The position numbers were made by a program, and so were the translations under genes. Positions 37,887 through 48,685 of a stretch of DNA of 64,000 bases are shown piece by piece (position 1 is the stretch's first letter; the number at the start of each line of letters is the position of its first letter). Source of the stretch: Hemiscyllium ocellatum (lineage: Eukaryota); NCBI RefSeq assembly GCF_020745735.1, contig NC_083429.1:48341877-48405876 (forward strand), written 5' to 3'. Under the pieces are notes generated by a model. The model worked only from the letters and a program-made list of their open reading frames with translations, had not been told where the DNA came from and ran no database searches.

Positions 37887-40031
37887 AATTAGGTGATTTA
37901 GTAACTACTGAGAGGCAACAATCCAGACGGATAGACCATATCCCCACGAACAGGGTTAACCCTTCCAGACTAAGATGAAGAGTAATTTCTTCACACACAA
38001 AGATCTGGGTCTTTAGAATTCTCCATAGGATTGCTGAGGCAGTGATAATTCTGGATTGAGACTGTCAGATGCTTGGCTACTTATGGAATCAAGAGGTAAA
38101 GAGAGCAGGAGGAAAATTAAGTTGATGCAAAAAATATTTCATTGAATAGCAAAAGAGGTTCAAAGGGGCCAGTGGCCTACACTATATTACCTACATTCTT
38201 AAATTTCTATTAGCTGTGCAACATTTATCTCTTACTAGTTAGAACTAGTATTGCCTTGTCCGTCTCTCATTGTTTTGTGTACAGCCTTTACTCAGATTTA
38301 TTTCATATTGTTTCACTATCTTGAAAATCTCTGTGGTGTTACATCTCAGGTTCCTCTCTTCAATATTGAGATGTTAAAGATTTTTTCCATTATTCTTCAC
38401 ACCTGACATCTCTAACTAACAATGGCAGGCTCAATAGCTCTTCTGATTGCCAATGCATGGTCTATGAGACTGTGAGCTGAATGCACCACTGAGGGAATCC
38501 TGCATCGTAGGGGGAGCCAATGTTTGGACATGACTGACAGTCACAAAGGAGGAAATGTGATAAGAAAACAGAAGTGAAATTATTGAAGGATAAAATTCAG
38601 AAATTGTTGGCAACTGCCTGTATTTATTACAGCAATTAAGTGAATATGCCAATATTTGAAGACATTTTTGAGCCCATATACAGCAAAGGTTTTCACACTG
38701 CAAAGGAAATATACAAATATTCACAGTTTTGCTGAACAAGTTACAATGTATGACATCCAAAGAGGTTGTAATTCTGCATGCTTTTGGGAAGCAATTATCT
38801 TAATGGGTAAATTAATGGTGGTAACTGGAAAACCTCTGTGAGGCCTCTTTGTCAGAAGTCACACAACTCTAGTTTATCATTCAACATGTTTATTTGAAGT
38901 CACAAGCATTCAAAGCACTGCTCCTTCAGACAGAGGTGAACATCCCAAAGGGAGAGACTAGTACAAAACTTAATCAGAGTTTGAAATAAGTGCTCTGGTC
39001 ATACTGAAACTCCATTCTCAGGTACACAAGGCAAACCAGATTGGTTTGAACTATTATTGGATTTTCATGTCAGGGTGTGTCAGAATACTTTCAAACAGAT
39101 TGGTTAAATTAACTTGTTTGATTTGTTAATGACTATCGCCACATATACTTTGATGAAATGTTTTGTTTTGCATATAGTTCCTTCACAGGCTGGAATGAGT
39201 TTCGTTTAAGTCTGATAGGGAAATTTCACTTTTGTTTCTGCGAAATTATCATATCTGTTTCAGGATGATTGTCAGTTCATGTGTTGACCATTTTTGGTAA
39301 ATTGAAAACAGGAAAGAGCAACTGCTAAGCTTTATTTTCATTTGGGGAGTGGTTTGCACACTTGCCTTTTGTGGTTATGTTTCCTCACGGGGATGGTATG
39401 CCCAAGGGGACAGTCTTTATCTGAGTGTTCACAATGCTGTCAGCCAACACTGGTATGTACTATAGCACATTGCCTGAGCCTCATTATCTTTTAATATCTT
39501 TTCATGAGTTAAGGTCAGGTGTACACCTTCAACCCCTCATGGTTGTTCCAGTATTCAAACTGGCTGAGACTTACCTCACCTCTATGAATCTACTTTCTTC
39601 ATATCCTCTGAAACTGTTATGACAGAGATTGGGGGAGTGCCATATCACTGTAGCTCAGTTGGCTGGACAGCTGGTTTGTGATAATCAGTAATGCCAACAG
39701 CATGGGGTCAATTCCTGTACTGGCTGAGGTCCTGCCTTCTCAATCACACCCCTGTGCTGTGATGACCCTCAGCTTAAACTATTTAATGAGAGAGTGGGGG
39801 TATGGTAACATCACTAAATAACGTCATAAAATATTTCCTGGTTACTAAGATGTACAGTTAAACACTCATCCTTTTCAGATTTTCAATAACAAGATTTATT
39901 AATCAGGTTTCATATTCCACATAATGATTTGCTGATTATCAAAAGAAAACTGATTCAAAGATGCAGCAATAATTGGTTAACATTCCCAGTAAACAATACA
40001 GAAGGAAAAATGCTTATTCCTCTAAATATCC

Positions 40032-40126
40032 TGATGAAGGGCTTATGCCCAAAACGTCTATTCTCCTGCTCTTTGGATGCTGCCTGAACTATTATGCTTT
40101 TCCAGCACTATACTCTCAACTCCTCC
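40032..40126 (+). mobile_element. Minimal Penelope family B insertion starting at the hammerhead core
   Basis: 15 bp TSD ttcctctaaatatcc (40017-40031 and 40127-40141); insert begins (c)TGATGAagggcttatgccc. Confidence 0.8.
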
Positions 40127-40544
40127 TTCCTCTAAATATCCCCAAACACAGTTATTTTAGTTGCATATTGCTGAAATACAACATTCAAACTATTTTCTTC
40201 TTACCTCTAAGATTTCTAAATGCTTGGACCAACATTTATCCTCCAACCAAAACCATCACAGCGAGACCTGTGAAGGAGGAGAAAGGGACAGTTGCAAATC
40301 AGCACCCTTTGTATTAACTCCAGTGAGGATGAAAGTGGTAAGAATAGAAAACCGACTGCAGGTTGGCTATAACCCCTCTCTGCATGACTGCTTCAGAACA
40401 ATCTCACGTTCAACGTCACGTCATTCACCAACCTAACCCTGGGATCTTGCTGTGTACAAATCGTGTACTGATTTCTATCCATGAGAGCGGCAATTATGCT
40501 TTGAAAAGAATACCATTGGCTTCCAAGTTCTTGAAGTCACTCTT

Positions 40545-40860
40545 TTTAAATTTTTTCATGGGATGTGGGTGTCACTGGGCCAGCATCTATTTCCCATCCC
40601 TAATTGCCCTTGAGCTGAGTGGCTTGCTCAGACAGGCAAGACATTGCTATCGGGGTCTGGAGTCACATATAGGCAAGGACAGTAGGTTTCCTTCCTTAAA
40701 AGTGATTAATAAGTCAGATAGACTTTTTCAATAGCTGTTACAATTAGATTGGTTTTAATTCGAGACTTCTATTGGATTCAAATTTTCACCATCTGCCAGT
40801 GTACGATGTGCTATGCCCCAGAATATTAGGTTGATTTACTAGCCCTATAACGTTACCACT
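40545..40860 (-). mobile_element. Second tRNA-type SINE family
   Basis: Reverse complement similarity to 24493-24810. Confidence 0.65.
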
Positions 40861-40989
40861 ACGTTAATTCATTTTCTCTTTCAAGACAACTGTAAGTGAA
40901 GGGAAATATCATGTTCTAGGTCCTCATTATATCACTCCAATCTCCTTGGGATGGAATCTGCTGAAAGACTGGATGTCATTTTTGCAATA

Positions 40990-41440
40990 CAGAAACAGAA
41001 ATTACTGCGATTACTCAGCATGCCTGGCAGCATCTGTGGAGAGAAAGCAGAGTTAACATGATGGATCAGGCAACCTTTCTTCACAGCATCCTGAAGAATT
41101 GGTCACTGGACATGAAATAGGCAAAAGTGAGGACTGCAGATGCTGGAGATTAGAATTAAGATTAGAGTGGTGCTAGAAAAGCACAGGAGGTCAGGCAGCA
41201 TCTGAGGAGCAGGAAAATTGATGTTTCGGGCAGGAGCCCTTCATCAGGAATTCCGAGTTTCCTGCTCCTTGGATGCTGCCTGACCTGCTGTGCTTTTCCA
41301 GCACCACACTAATCTTGACACTGGACATGAAATGTCAACTCTGCTTTCTCTCTCCACAGATGCTGCCAGACCTGCTGAGCTTTTCCAGCAACTTTTATTT
41401 TTGTTTCTGATTTCCAATATCTGCAGTTCTTTGTTTTTTT
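40990..41440. mobile_element. Family D palindrome with a nested family B palindrome (41119-41318)
   Basis: 15 bp TSD cactggacatgaaat (41104-41118 and 41319-41333). Confidence 0.82.
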
Positions 41441-41746
41441 GTTGTCATTATTGCTCTCCTCTCTTTTTAATCCCAATCTCTGATCTTTAAGTGATCACAG
41501 TTGGATGGGTCAAGAAATGAGAAACCATTCTTGAACAATGAAAATAATATCAATGATTAATATCTGAAAGGTAGGGAAGGCTTGCAAACCTGACTTATCT
41601 GAACGAATCCCGAGGAAGTGAGGGGAGGGCAGGAAGGTCCATTACAAACAGTAAAAGTTTGAAGGAGTTGGGTGTAACTTAAGTTATTTAACTTGGAACA
41701 TCCTTCATATTAAAATTTCAGGTTATGACAAACAATATTGAAAAAA

Positions 41747-41760
41747 GGAAACTGAAACTG
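41747..41760 (+). promoter_or_regulatory. ISRE, Gig2 copy 1 promoter
   Basis: GGAAACTGAAACTG matches GAAANNGAAACT; conserved in copy 2; splice donor AG|GTAAGT at 41820/41821. Confidence 0.75.
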
Positions 41761-43159
41761 AAGCTAATAAAACCCAGATGTGCATCTGTCGCTTTGCAGA
41801 ACAACAGACTCAGGCAAGAGGTAAGTGTCAAAAAACTTCATACAGTTCAGTTCATTTTTAAGTTGGAAAAGAATTTAAAAAGGAGGTGAGGAAATCATTC
41901 TCTGCTTAGCATGTTGCTAAGATCTGGAATTTATTGGCAGAAGGGGTATGAAAGCGGATTCACACAACTTTACAAAAGGAAATTGGATAAATATTTTGAA
42001 AAGCACGCAGAATGGCAGGAAAAGCAGGGGAATGTGACTAACTGGATAGATGTTTGAAAGGAACAGAACAAGAAGAAATGGGCCAAGTAAGCTCTTTTAG
42101 TGCCTTAGTACGATTTTTAATAATTGTGTTATAATTGAATAATTGAATAATGCAATGCAGAACATCGACAGCAGTGTGTGATCTTTTGTTGACTTAAACG
42201 AGAGGAGAACAACAAAAGCTAACACTGCGCCTTGGGGATTAAGACAGTTAAGGCACGTGAATGATCTTTGTGTGAGACAATTAGAGTCTTCAAGTACACG
42301 AGACAGTTTAACAAGATTTCTGTCAGTAAATTGTTCAGCACAGTGAAAGATTACAAGTTTAATTTTAGAGGTGAAATTAATACACTGCCACTTTATCAGG
42401 AAGGAATCATAGCACTGAAATAGATTCCCAGTGATCAGTTGAGTCTAAGAGTGAAATACGATACCATGATATAGTTGGAAGATTAATCATTGTGGTTAAT
42501 CTGAGTTTCTCCAGCATTTTCTATTTTTCTTTATTAAATTCATCCTTTACAACGTTGTCTTCATGCTTTGTGAAGCTTGTAATTCAAGATAAAGATCTTG
42601 TTAGTTTTAGGGAGTGCCCGGTTGATTGTGTAATGCTTTCTACTTTATCTTTTCTGGTTGATGTTACCATATTAAAATTGAAAAATACAGCTACCATCCC
42701 CACAGTGATAGTGCATACCCCTGTGAAAAATATTGTCAGGTCAATGGGACAACTCCGTTTTTCCCAACTTGCTCCCTGGAAAATGATTTCACTCTGGTGA
42801 AATTACATCTAAAGTGTTGTGTGAAATTCAGGGCAGTGTGTTAATAAATTCTAACAAGGGGCAGGAATGAATTCTAACAAAGAACAAGAAATGTTACTTT
42901 TCACTGAAATTAGTGATTCTTAATTGTTATGTTTCAGAATTGTGATTCATTATGCAGAAATAGAAACAATTCTCCAATTGCATGAGAAATGTCACCTTCA
43001 TTGCTGTCAAATCAGAACAGAAATTCAAACATATTTTCTATAGAGATCAGATAACTGAGATTGCTAGACATAATAACAAAAAAGCAAAAGTCAAACGTTT
43101 ATGCACCATTTTGCACAGTACAGGATAGTTAAAAGAACTTTACAGCCAGTGAAGTAATC

Positions 43160-43470
43160 ATAGAATATATTCCCTACAGTGAGGAAACAGGCCCTATGGT
43201 CCAATAAGTCCACACCAACTCTCTGAAGATTAACCCACCCAGACCCATTCCCCTAGCCCAAATATCCCTGAACACTGCGGGCAATTTGGCATGGCCCATT
43301 CACCCAACCTGCACATCTTTGCATTGTGGGAGGAAGCCAGAACACTTGGAGGAAACCCATGCAGACACAGGGAGAATGTGCAAACTCCACACGGACAGTT
43401 ACCCAAGGTTGGAATTGAACCTGGGGCCTTGAAGCAGCAGGGCTAGCTACTGAGCCACTGCGCTGCCCCA
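43160..43470 (-). mobile_element. HE1/V-SINE in the copy 1 intron only
   Basis: Absent at the matching position (~49585) of unit 2. Confidence 0.85.
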
Positions 43471-43654
43471 AACTTTGAGATGTAGCCATTGGTTTAGTGT
43501 ATGAATTGTGCAGCTAATTGATGCAGAGCAAACTCTCACAGCCTTGGATAAAACAATAATAAATTTGTGATTGAAGGTTAATTGTTAGTCAAGACACTGG
43601 TCAGATCTACCCTCCTGCTCTTTGAAATTTTATATCCAGCCAAGCAGATAAATA

Positions 43655-43860
43655 AAGTAGGAGCAAATTACTGCAGATGCTGGAATCTGTACTGAAACAA
43701 CAAATGCTGGAGATCACAGTGGGTCATACAGTTTCCATAGAAAGACAGAAAGCTAATGTTTTGAATCTAGATTACTCTTCATCAGAGCTCTGAACATTAG
43801 CTTGCTTTCTCTCTATGGATGCTGTTGGACCTGCTGTGATCTCCAGCATTTTTGGTTTTC
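43655..43860. mobile_element. Palindromic Penelope family E element (paralog at 49780-49970)
   Basis: Minus strand gctCTGATGAagagtaatctagattcAAAAcattagc, a degenerate hammerhead; inverted arms. Confidence 0.65.
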
Positions 43861-44550
43861 AGATAAATAAGTCCTTCATTTAAATTTTCACAACTGTTGG
43901 CCTGGATTTTTGTACTGAGGTAGGAGTTGAATCCAAAACCTGTGAATGCTAGGCAAGTATAATATCAAAGGATCTGCAACTGACACAAAGTGCTGAAACA
44001 TCGGATTTTGTTTTACAAAACAAATCACCCAAAGTACGATTTCAAATACAACTTAGAGCTGCTGTTGATGATTGGGAAATTGTTATGATGCCTTGAACAA
44101 CTTCTCAAGGCTGAAGACTATTATCTTCCGTTGTTTCATTTTGATTCTGTCCCTTTTGAGGTGCTGGCACACTGCCACATCATCCCCGAGGAGATCCCCG
44201 AGAAAAATCTTTTCTTTGCCAAACATCCATGGGAGTGAGTGCTCTTCATCAAGTGAGAGGCTTGGAAAGCTTTAAGGAAAGGGGTCAATTGCTGCAGTCC
44301 AACAGCAGAGACCAGCTTTCTCAGTTAACACAGTTTTGTGATCAAACATTTTGCTCAAAGTAAGTGGACTTTTCAGGGTAAGTGCCACTAGTGAAGTTCA
44401 CCAATGAGCAGTTACGACATGAGGGGAATATAATTTGGTCTAACTGAAGGATTCATGACAGAATTCATGAAGTGAATTCAAGAAGTGTCTTTTGGATTTG
44501 TTTTTCCTTTCTTTTGTTAAAGATCAAGTTGAAAAATTCATCCGATTACC

Positions 44551-45048
44551 ATGGCATACGCTTATGGAAATATGTGGGCTGAAGAAGATGCACCTGGTTT
44601 CATTGAAGCGTGTCTTAAAAGTTACGAAGCACCAAAGAGTGGCAAGATCTATGTGATGTACCATGGAACCTCTACCCAAAACGTAGACGCCATTCGGAGG
44701 AATGGTTTCCGCCAGTCTCCTACGGGTATGCTGGGCCGTGGAGTCTATGTCAGTCGGGACATTCAGAAAGCCTGCAGATATCCACTGGATGTTCCTGACT
44801 ATCAGAAGGTTGTGCTTAAGTTAAGAGTTAATGTGGGAAAGGTCAAAAAGATAGATTATCAAGGGCACCCATTGCAGAAGACTTGGCATGATCATGGCTA
44901 TGACACGGCCTGGTGTCCTCCAGACTGTGGCATGGTACCAAGTGGTCTGGAGGAGGACTGTGTCTGGGATCCCAGGAGAATAAAGGTTGTTAAAATAATT
45001 CATCAATCAGCTCAGCCAAGCCCACTGTACTTCCCTGATTGTTACTGA
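44551..45048 (+). CDS. gig2: Gig2-like (grass carp reovirus-induced gene 2) protein, PARP/ADP-ribosyltransferase-like fold, copy 1
   Basis: MYHGT, GF..S..GMLGRGVYVSRD..KA.RYP, VGKVKKIDYQGHPLQKTWHDHGYDTAWCPP.CGMVPSGLEEDCVWDP.RI; accATGg Kozak; splice acceptor AG at 44521-44522. Confidence 0.93.
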   Translation: MAYAYGNMWAEEDAPGFIEACLKSYEAPKSGKIYVMYHGTSTQNVDAIRRNGFRQSPTGMLGRGVYVSRDIQKACRYPLDVPDYQKVVLKLRVNVGKVKKIDYQGHPLQKTWHDHGYDTAWCPPDCGMVPSGLEEDCVWDPRRIKVVKIIHQSAQPSPLYFPDCY

Positions 45049-45618
45049 GTGGAATGGAGAGCTCAACTCCTTAAATGGGATAACAATGGTGGGGTTGGGA
45101 TGGGGAAGGAGGGAAGTGGAGGATGTTCAGGAAAACTCTACCCTGATATCCTCCCTTGGGCTAGGGAGGGAAGGTTCAAACAAGTTGTCACTCTGGAAGG
45201 TGGTCTTTGGTGAATAACCGGGGATGTAGGTTGATGCTCCAAAATCACAAAGCCTGCCAAGCACTCCTTAGAATAAAGTTCTTGGAGGCTGTCCTCCATG
45301 TCCCAGTAACCTTCAGCGCCAGGAGTGGAGTCTCTGTAAAAACACAACGTGTTTACATTCACACAGGAAACACGGCTATTTTCCCAATGCACCGAAGGGT
45401 CACCACCAGCTGTGAAACAGGCCTTTAAAGTTGGAACTGAGTCACTGGGGAGAAAAGACAGTTGATGTCACGAAATATTTTACAGGAGGTTCAGAGGCAC
45501 AAGATGCAATATTTTTCTTGAAATCCAATGTGTCAATGTGATCACTTTGTAACATTCTGTATACACACTTTTGGTGATTAAAAAATGTATTGTTATTTGC
45601 ATTTCATGTGTTCAACTG

Positions 45619-45624
45619 AATAAA
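45619..45624 (+). terminator. Candidate polyadenylation signal, Gig2 copy 1
   Basis: AATAAA followed by a GT/T-rich tract; conserved at 51825-51830. Confidence 0.6.
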
Positions 45625-46149
45625 ATCATTAGCTGTCTTTTTTTGTGGTCTCTCAATACTTACTGGATGCTGAGAAATGAATATTTGTCAAACAATTTTG
45701 AAATAATCATTCTATAAATGTGAAAGACAATGACAGGATGGTGCATTGGTAAAGAAAATTCTTTGTTTCCCCTGCTTGGTGGGAATTAGCTGGAATGGAG
45801 GTTAACCTCCGGGAGACAGCCCATGCTCCTTTCTTTCCACTTTCCACTTGAGACATTAAGGTGGCAAGTCAACACAGTAAAAAGACAAAAAAAAAACAGA
45901 ATTGTCTATAAGTCTGCTTTTTAAACAGGAAGTTACTGGGGCAAGGTTTCAGCCAGCTCAGGAGTACAATGTGCAATGTAGTTAGCAACTAGTTTGTTGC
46001 AAATAAACCGGGTGCCCCACTGATGTTAGCAAGCATATCAAACTGATTATTTTGTATTCTTACATATAACTATTTTGAAAAATGCCAGTATAATTGAAGA
46101 AAGTTTGCCCAGAACAGTCATCTTTGAGTTAGCTCAGCATTTCTGGCAT

Positions 46150-47810
46150 TGTGCCCTTGTTGGGAAAGCTTGACACATTCAATACTTCCGACAAAGGCTG
46201 GGCCTAGTATGTGGAAAGATGTGTTATTTTTTTCCGGTAAATAACAAGGGGGCAGATGAAAGACAACGAGTAATCCTTCTGACTGGTTGCAGTCCGATAG
46301 CATTTTCGGTTATTAGATGCTTAAGTTTCCCCGAGGCTGAAAATGTGTTGCTGGTCAAAGCACAGCAGGCCAGGCAGCATCTCAGGAATAGGGAATTCGA
46401 CGTTCCGAGCATAAGCCCTTCATCAGGAATGAGAGAGAGTAGCCAAGCAGGCTAAGATAAAAGGTAGGGAGGAGGGACTTGGGGGAGGGGCGATGGAGGT
46501 GGGATAGGTGGAAGGAGGTCAAGGTGAGGGTGATAGGCCGGAGTGGGGTGGGGGTGGAGAGGTCAGGAAGGAGATTGCAGGTTAGGAGGGCGGTGCTGAG
46601 TTGAGGGTTCTGTGCAGAGGAGATGACCTGGGGGGTGCAGTGAGAGAGAGACTCACTGAAATCCTTGTAGAGGGAGGAAGAGAGCTTCCTTGAAGAGAGA
46701 CCGTTTGGTGTATGGGTATAATGACATTACCATGTAGAAGTGCCTATTAGCTGACGTCCAATGGGGTTTCAAACAGGCATCAGAACTGGATCTGTCATTA
46801 GAAAATGTAGCAAGTGGAGCATGTGAGCTACAGGGTATCCCAATGAGAGTGGATACTCTCACCTGTCCGAGTGAGCTTGGGGAACACTAGTTGAGTCAAG
46901 GCAATCGCAGAGTCTCATGGAGGACCCGAGGTCAGCTCACAGCAAACTCCCACAACAAAGCCGAGTCTTTGCTAAATGGCTGAAATTTCCTTCAGGATCT
47001 GGGTCGACAAGCCATTGTTTTTGCTGCCGGTATGTCGATCAACATAGCAAAGGAGACTTCCAAGGCTTGACTTGAGCAAGAGGGCTCACAGGCTGCTATC
47101 GAGGAGAGTGCACACCCTGGAGTCTCCACCTATTTCTGGTTTGGAACAGTCACACTCCTAATGAAGAGCTTATACCCGAAATGTCATCTCTCCTGCTCCT
47201 CGGATGGTGCCTGAACGGCTGTACTTTTCCAGCACCACATTCTTTGAGTCTGACTCACCAGCATGTGCAGTCCTCACACTCTAATAGGACAATTAAATTG
47301 CTTAGCAACTTCCAAATCAGAGCCAAATAGAATAAATGTTGGGTTAAATGGTCACCCGGTTTTCATGGAGATTGATACCAGCACAGCTGTATCAGTGGTT
47401 GCAGAACCTGTCTTTAACAAGATTCACTGTAGACTCCAAACCTTACACGTGCGCAAGACCTTGGACAGACTGACAGCGTACGCCAGGGAATTGTTACAGA
47501 TTAAGGGTATGGCTTCAGTACCAGTTTCCCATGAGAATCAGTTCATGCTGTTATCACTGATTGTCTTAAAAACCTTGGACCCAATAGGTTGAGAATGATT
47601 CACCTTTATGGACTCAACATGTTATATTCATAAAATGGCTGCCTGAGTGAAGTACTAATTAAATACTCATGCGTATTTCAGAAAGAACTATGGACTATGA
47701 AGGAGGCCAAGATCACCTTGCATGTTGACCATGAAGCAATTCCATGATACTGCAAGGCCTGCCCAGTGCCATTTGCCTTATGGGCAAAAGTAGAGGCAGG
47801 AATCAGGCCT
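46150..47810 (+). mobile_element. Gypsy gag-protease remnant (paralog at 52340-53550)
   Basis: YFFPVN...RVILLTGC and LNGHPVFMEIDTSTAVSV (protease DT motif). Confidence 0.7.
46338..46695 (-). mobile_element. Penelope family B 3' fragment with pLTR
   Basis: Highly similar to 55470-55740; hammerhead at ~46396-46430 has GAAA changed to GGAA. Confidence 0.82.
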
Positions 47811-48051
47811 CCTATTTCTTTTTGATTAAACTTTCAACTTTCCTGAATCTTGCTATCCTTATCCTTCATTTTCACAGGGACATGCTGGTCCTGAGCTCTG
47901 AGTGATTCCTGAGGAAGTGAGGGGAGGGTGGGACGGTCCATTACAAAGAGTAAAATTGTAAGGGTACTGGCTGCAACTTGAAAACACTTAACTTAGATCG
48001 ATCGCATATTTAAATTTCAGGTTATGACAAATAATGTGACATCCTTTCAGA

Positions 48052-48069
48052 GAAAGGGAAACTGAAACT
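48052..48069 (+). promoter_or_regulatory. Extended ISRE, Gig2 copy 2 promoter
   Basis: GAAAGGGAAACTGAAACT (three GAAA half-sites); donor AG|GTAAGC at 48137/48138. Confidence 0.78.
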
Positions 48070-48563
48070 TTGATAATTAACTGACAAAATCCAGATGTGC
48101 GCCTGTCACTCTGTGGAATACCTGAGTCAGGCAAGAGGTAAGCGTCAAAAAAACTTCATACAGTCCAGTTCATAAGTTGTAAAAGAATTAGAAAGGCAAT
48201 AAAGAAACCATTCTCTGCTCAGCAAGTTGCTAAGATCTGGGATTTACTGGCAGAAGGGGTGTGAAAGCAGATGCAACAACTTTACAAAAGGAAATTGGGT
48301 AAATAATTTGAAAAGCAATTAGAAAGGCGGGAAAAGCAGGGATTGGGACTTAAGGATAGATGTTTGAAAGGAACAGAACAAGAAGAAATGTGCAAAAATA
48401 AATTCTTTTAGTGCCATTAATACAATAATTTTAGGATTGTGTTGTTGACTAATGCAATGGAGGACATTTGCAGTAGTGTGAGATATTTTGTTAACTTAGC
48501 TGTAAGAAGAGCAGAACAACAAAAACTTATAGTGCCCCTTCTGGGATTAAGCCAGTTAAGGAA

Positions 48564-48685
48564 CCACCTGTTGAAGGAGCGGCGCTCCGAAACCTAGTGT
48601 GCTTCAAAGTAAACCTATTCGACTCTAACCTGGTGTTGTGTGATTTTTAACCTTGTACACCCCAGTCCAACACCAGCATCTCCAA
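48564..48685 (+). mobile_element. Penelope family A pLTR in the copy 2 intron only
   Basis: cacCTGTTGAaggagcggcgctccGAAAccta (mutated core); absent from unit 1. Confidence 0.75.

Larger units (their letters stand above)
41600..47810 (+). repeat. Gig2 tandem duplication unit 1
   Basis: Colinear similarity to ~47900-53550 from gaggaagtgagggg through the downstream Gypsy fragment. Confidence 0.88.

Noticed and set aside
44821-45006. Antisense ORF conserved in both Gig2 copies
   Set aside because: Conservation simply follows from the nucleotide identity of the sense CDS
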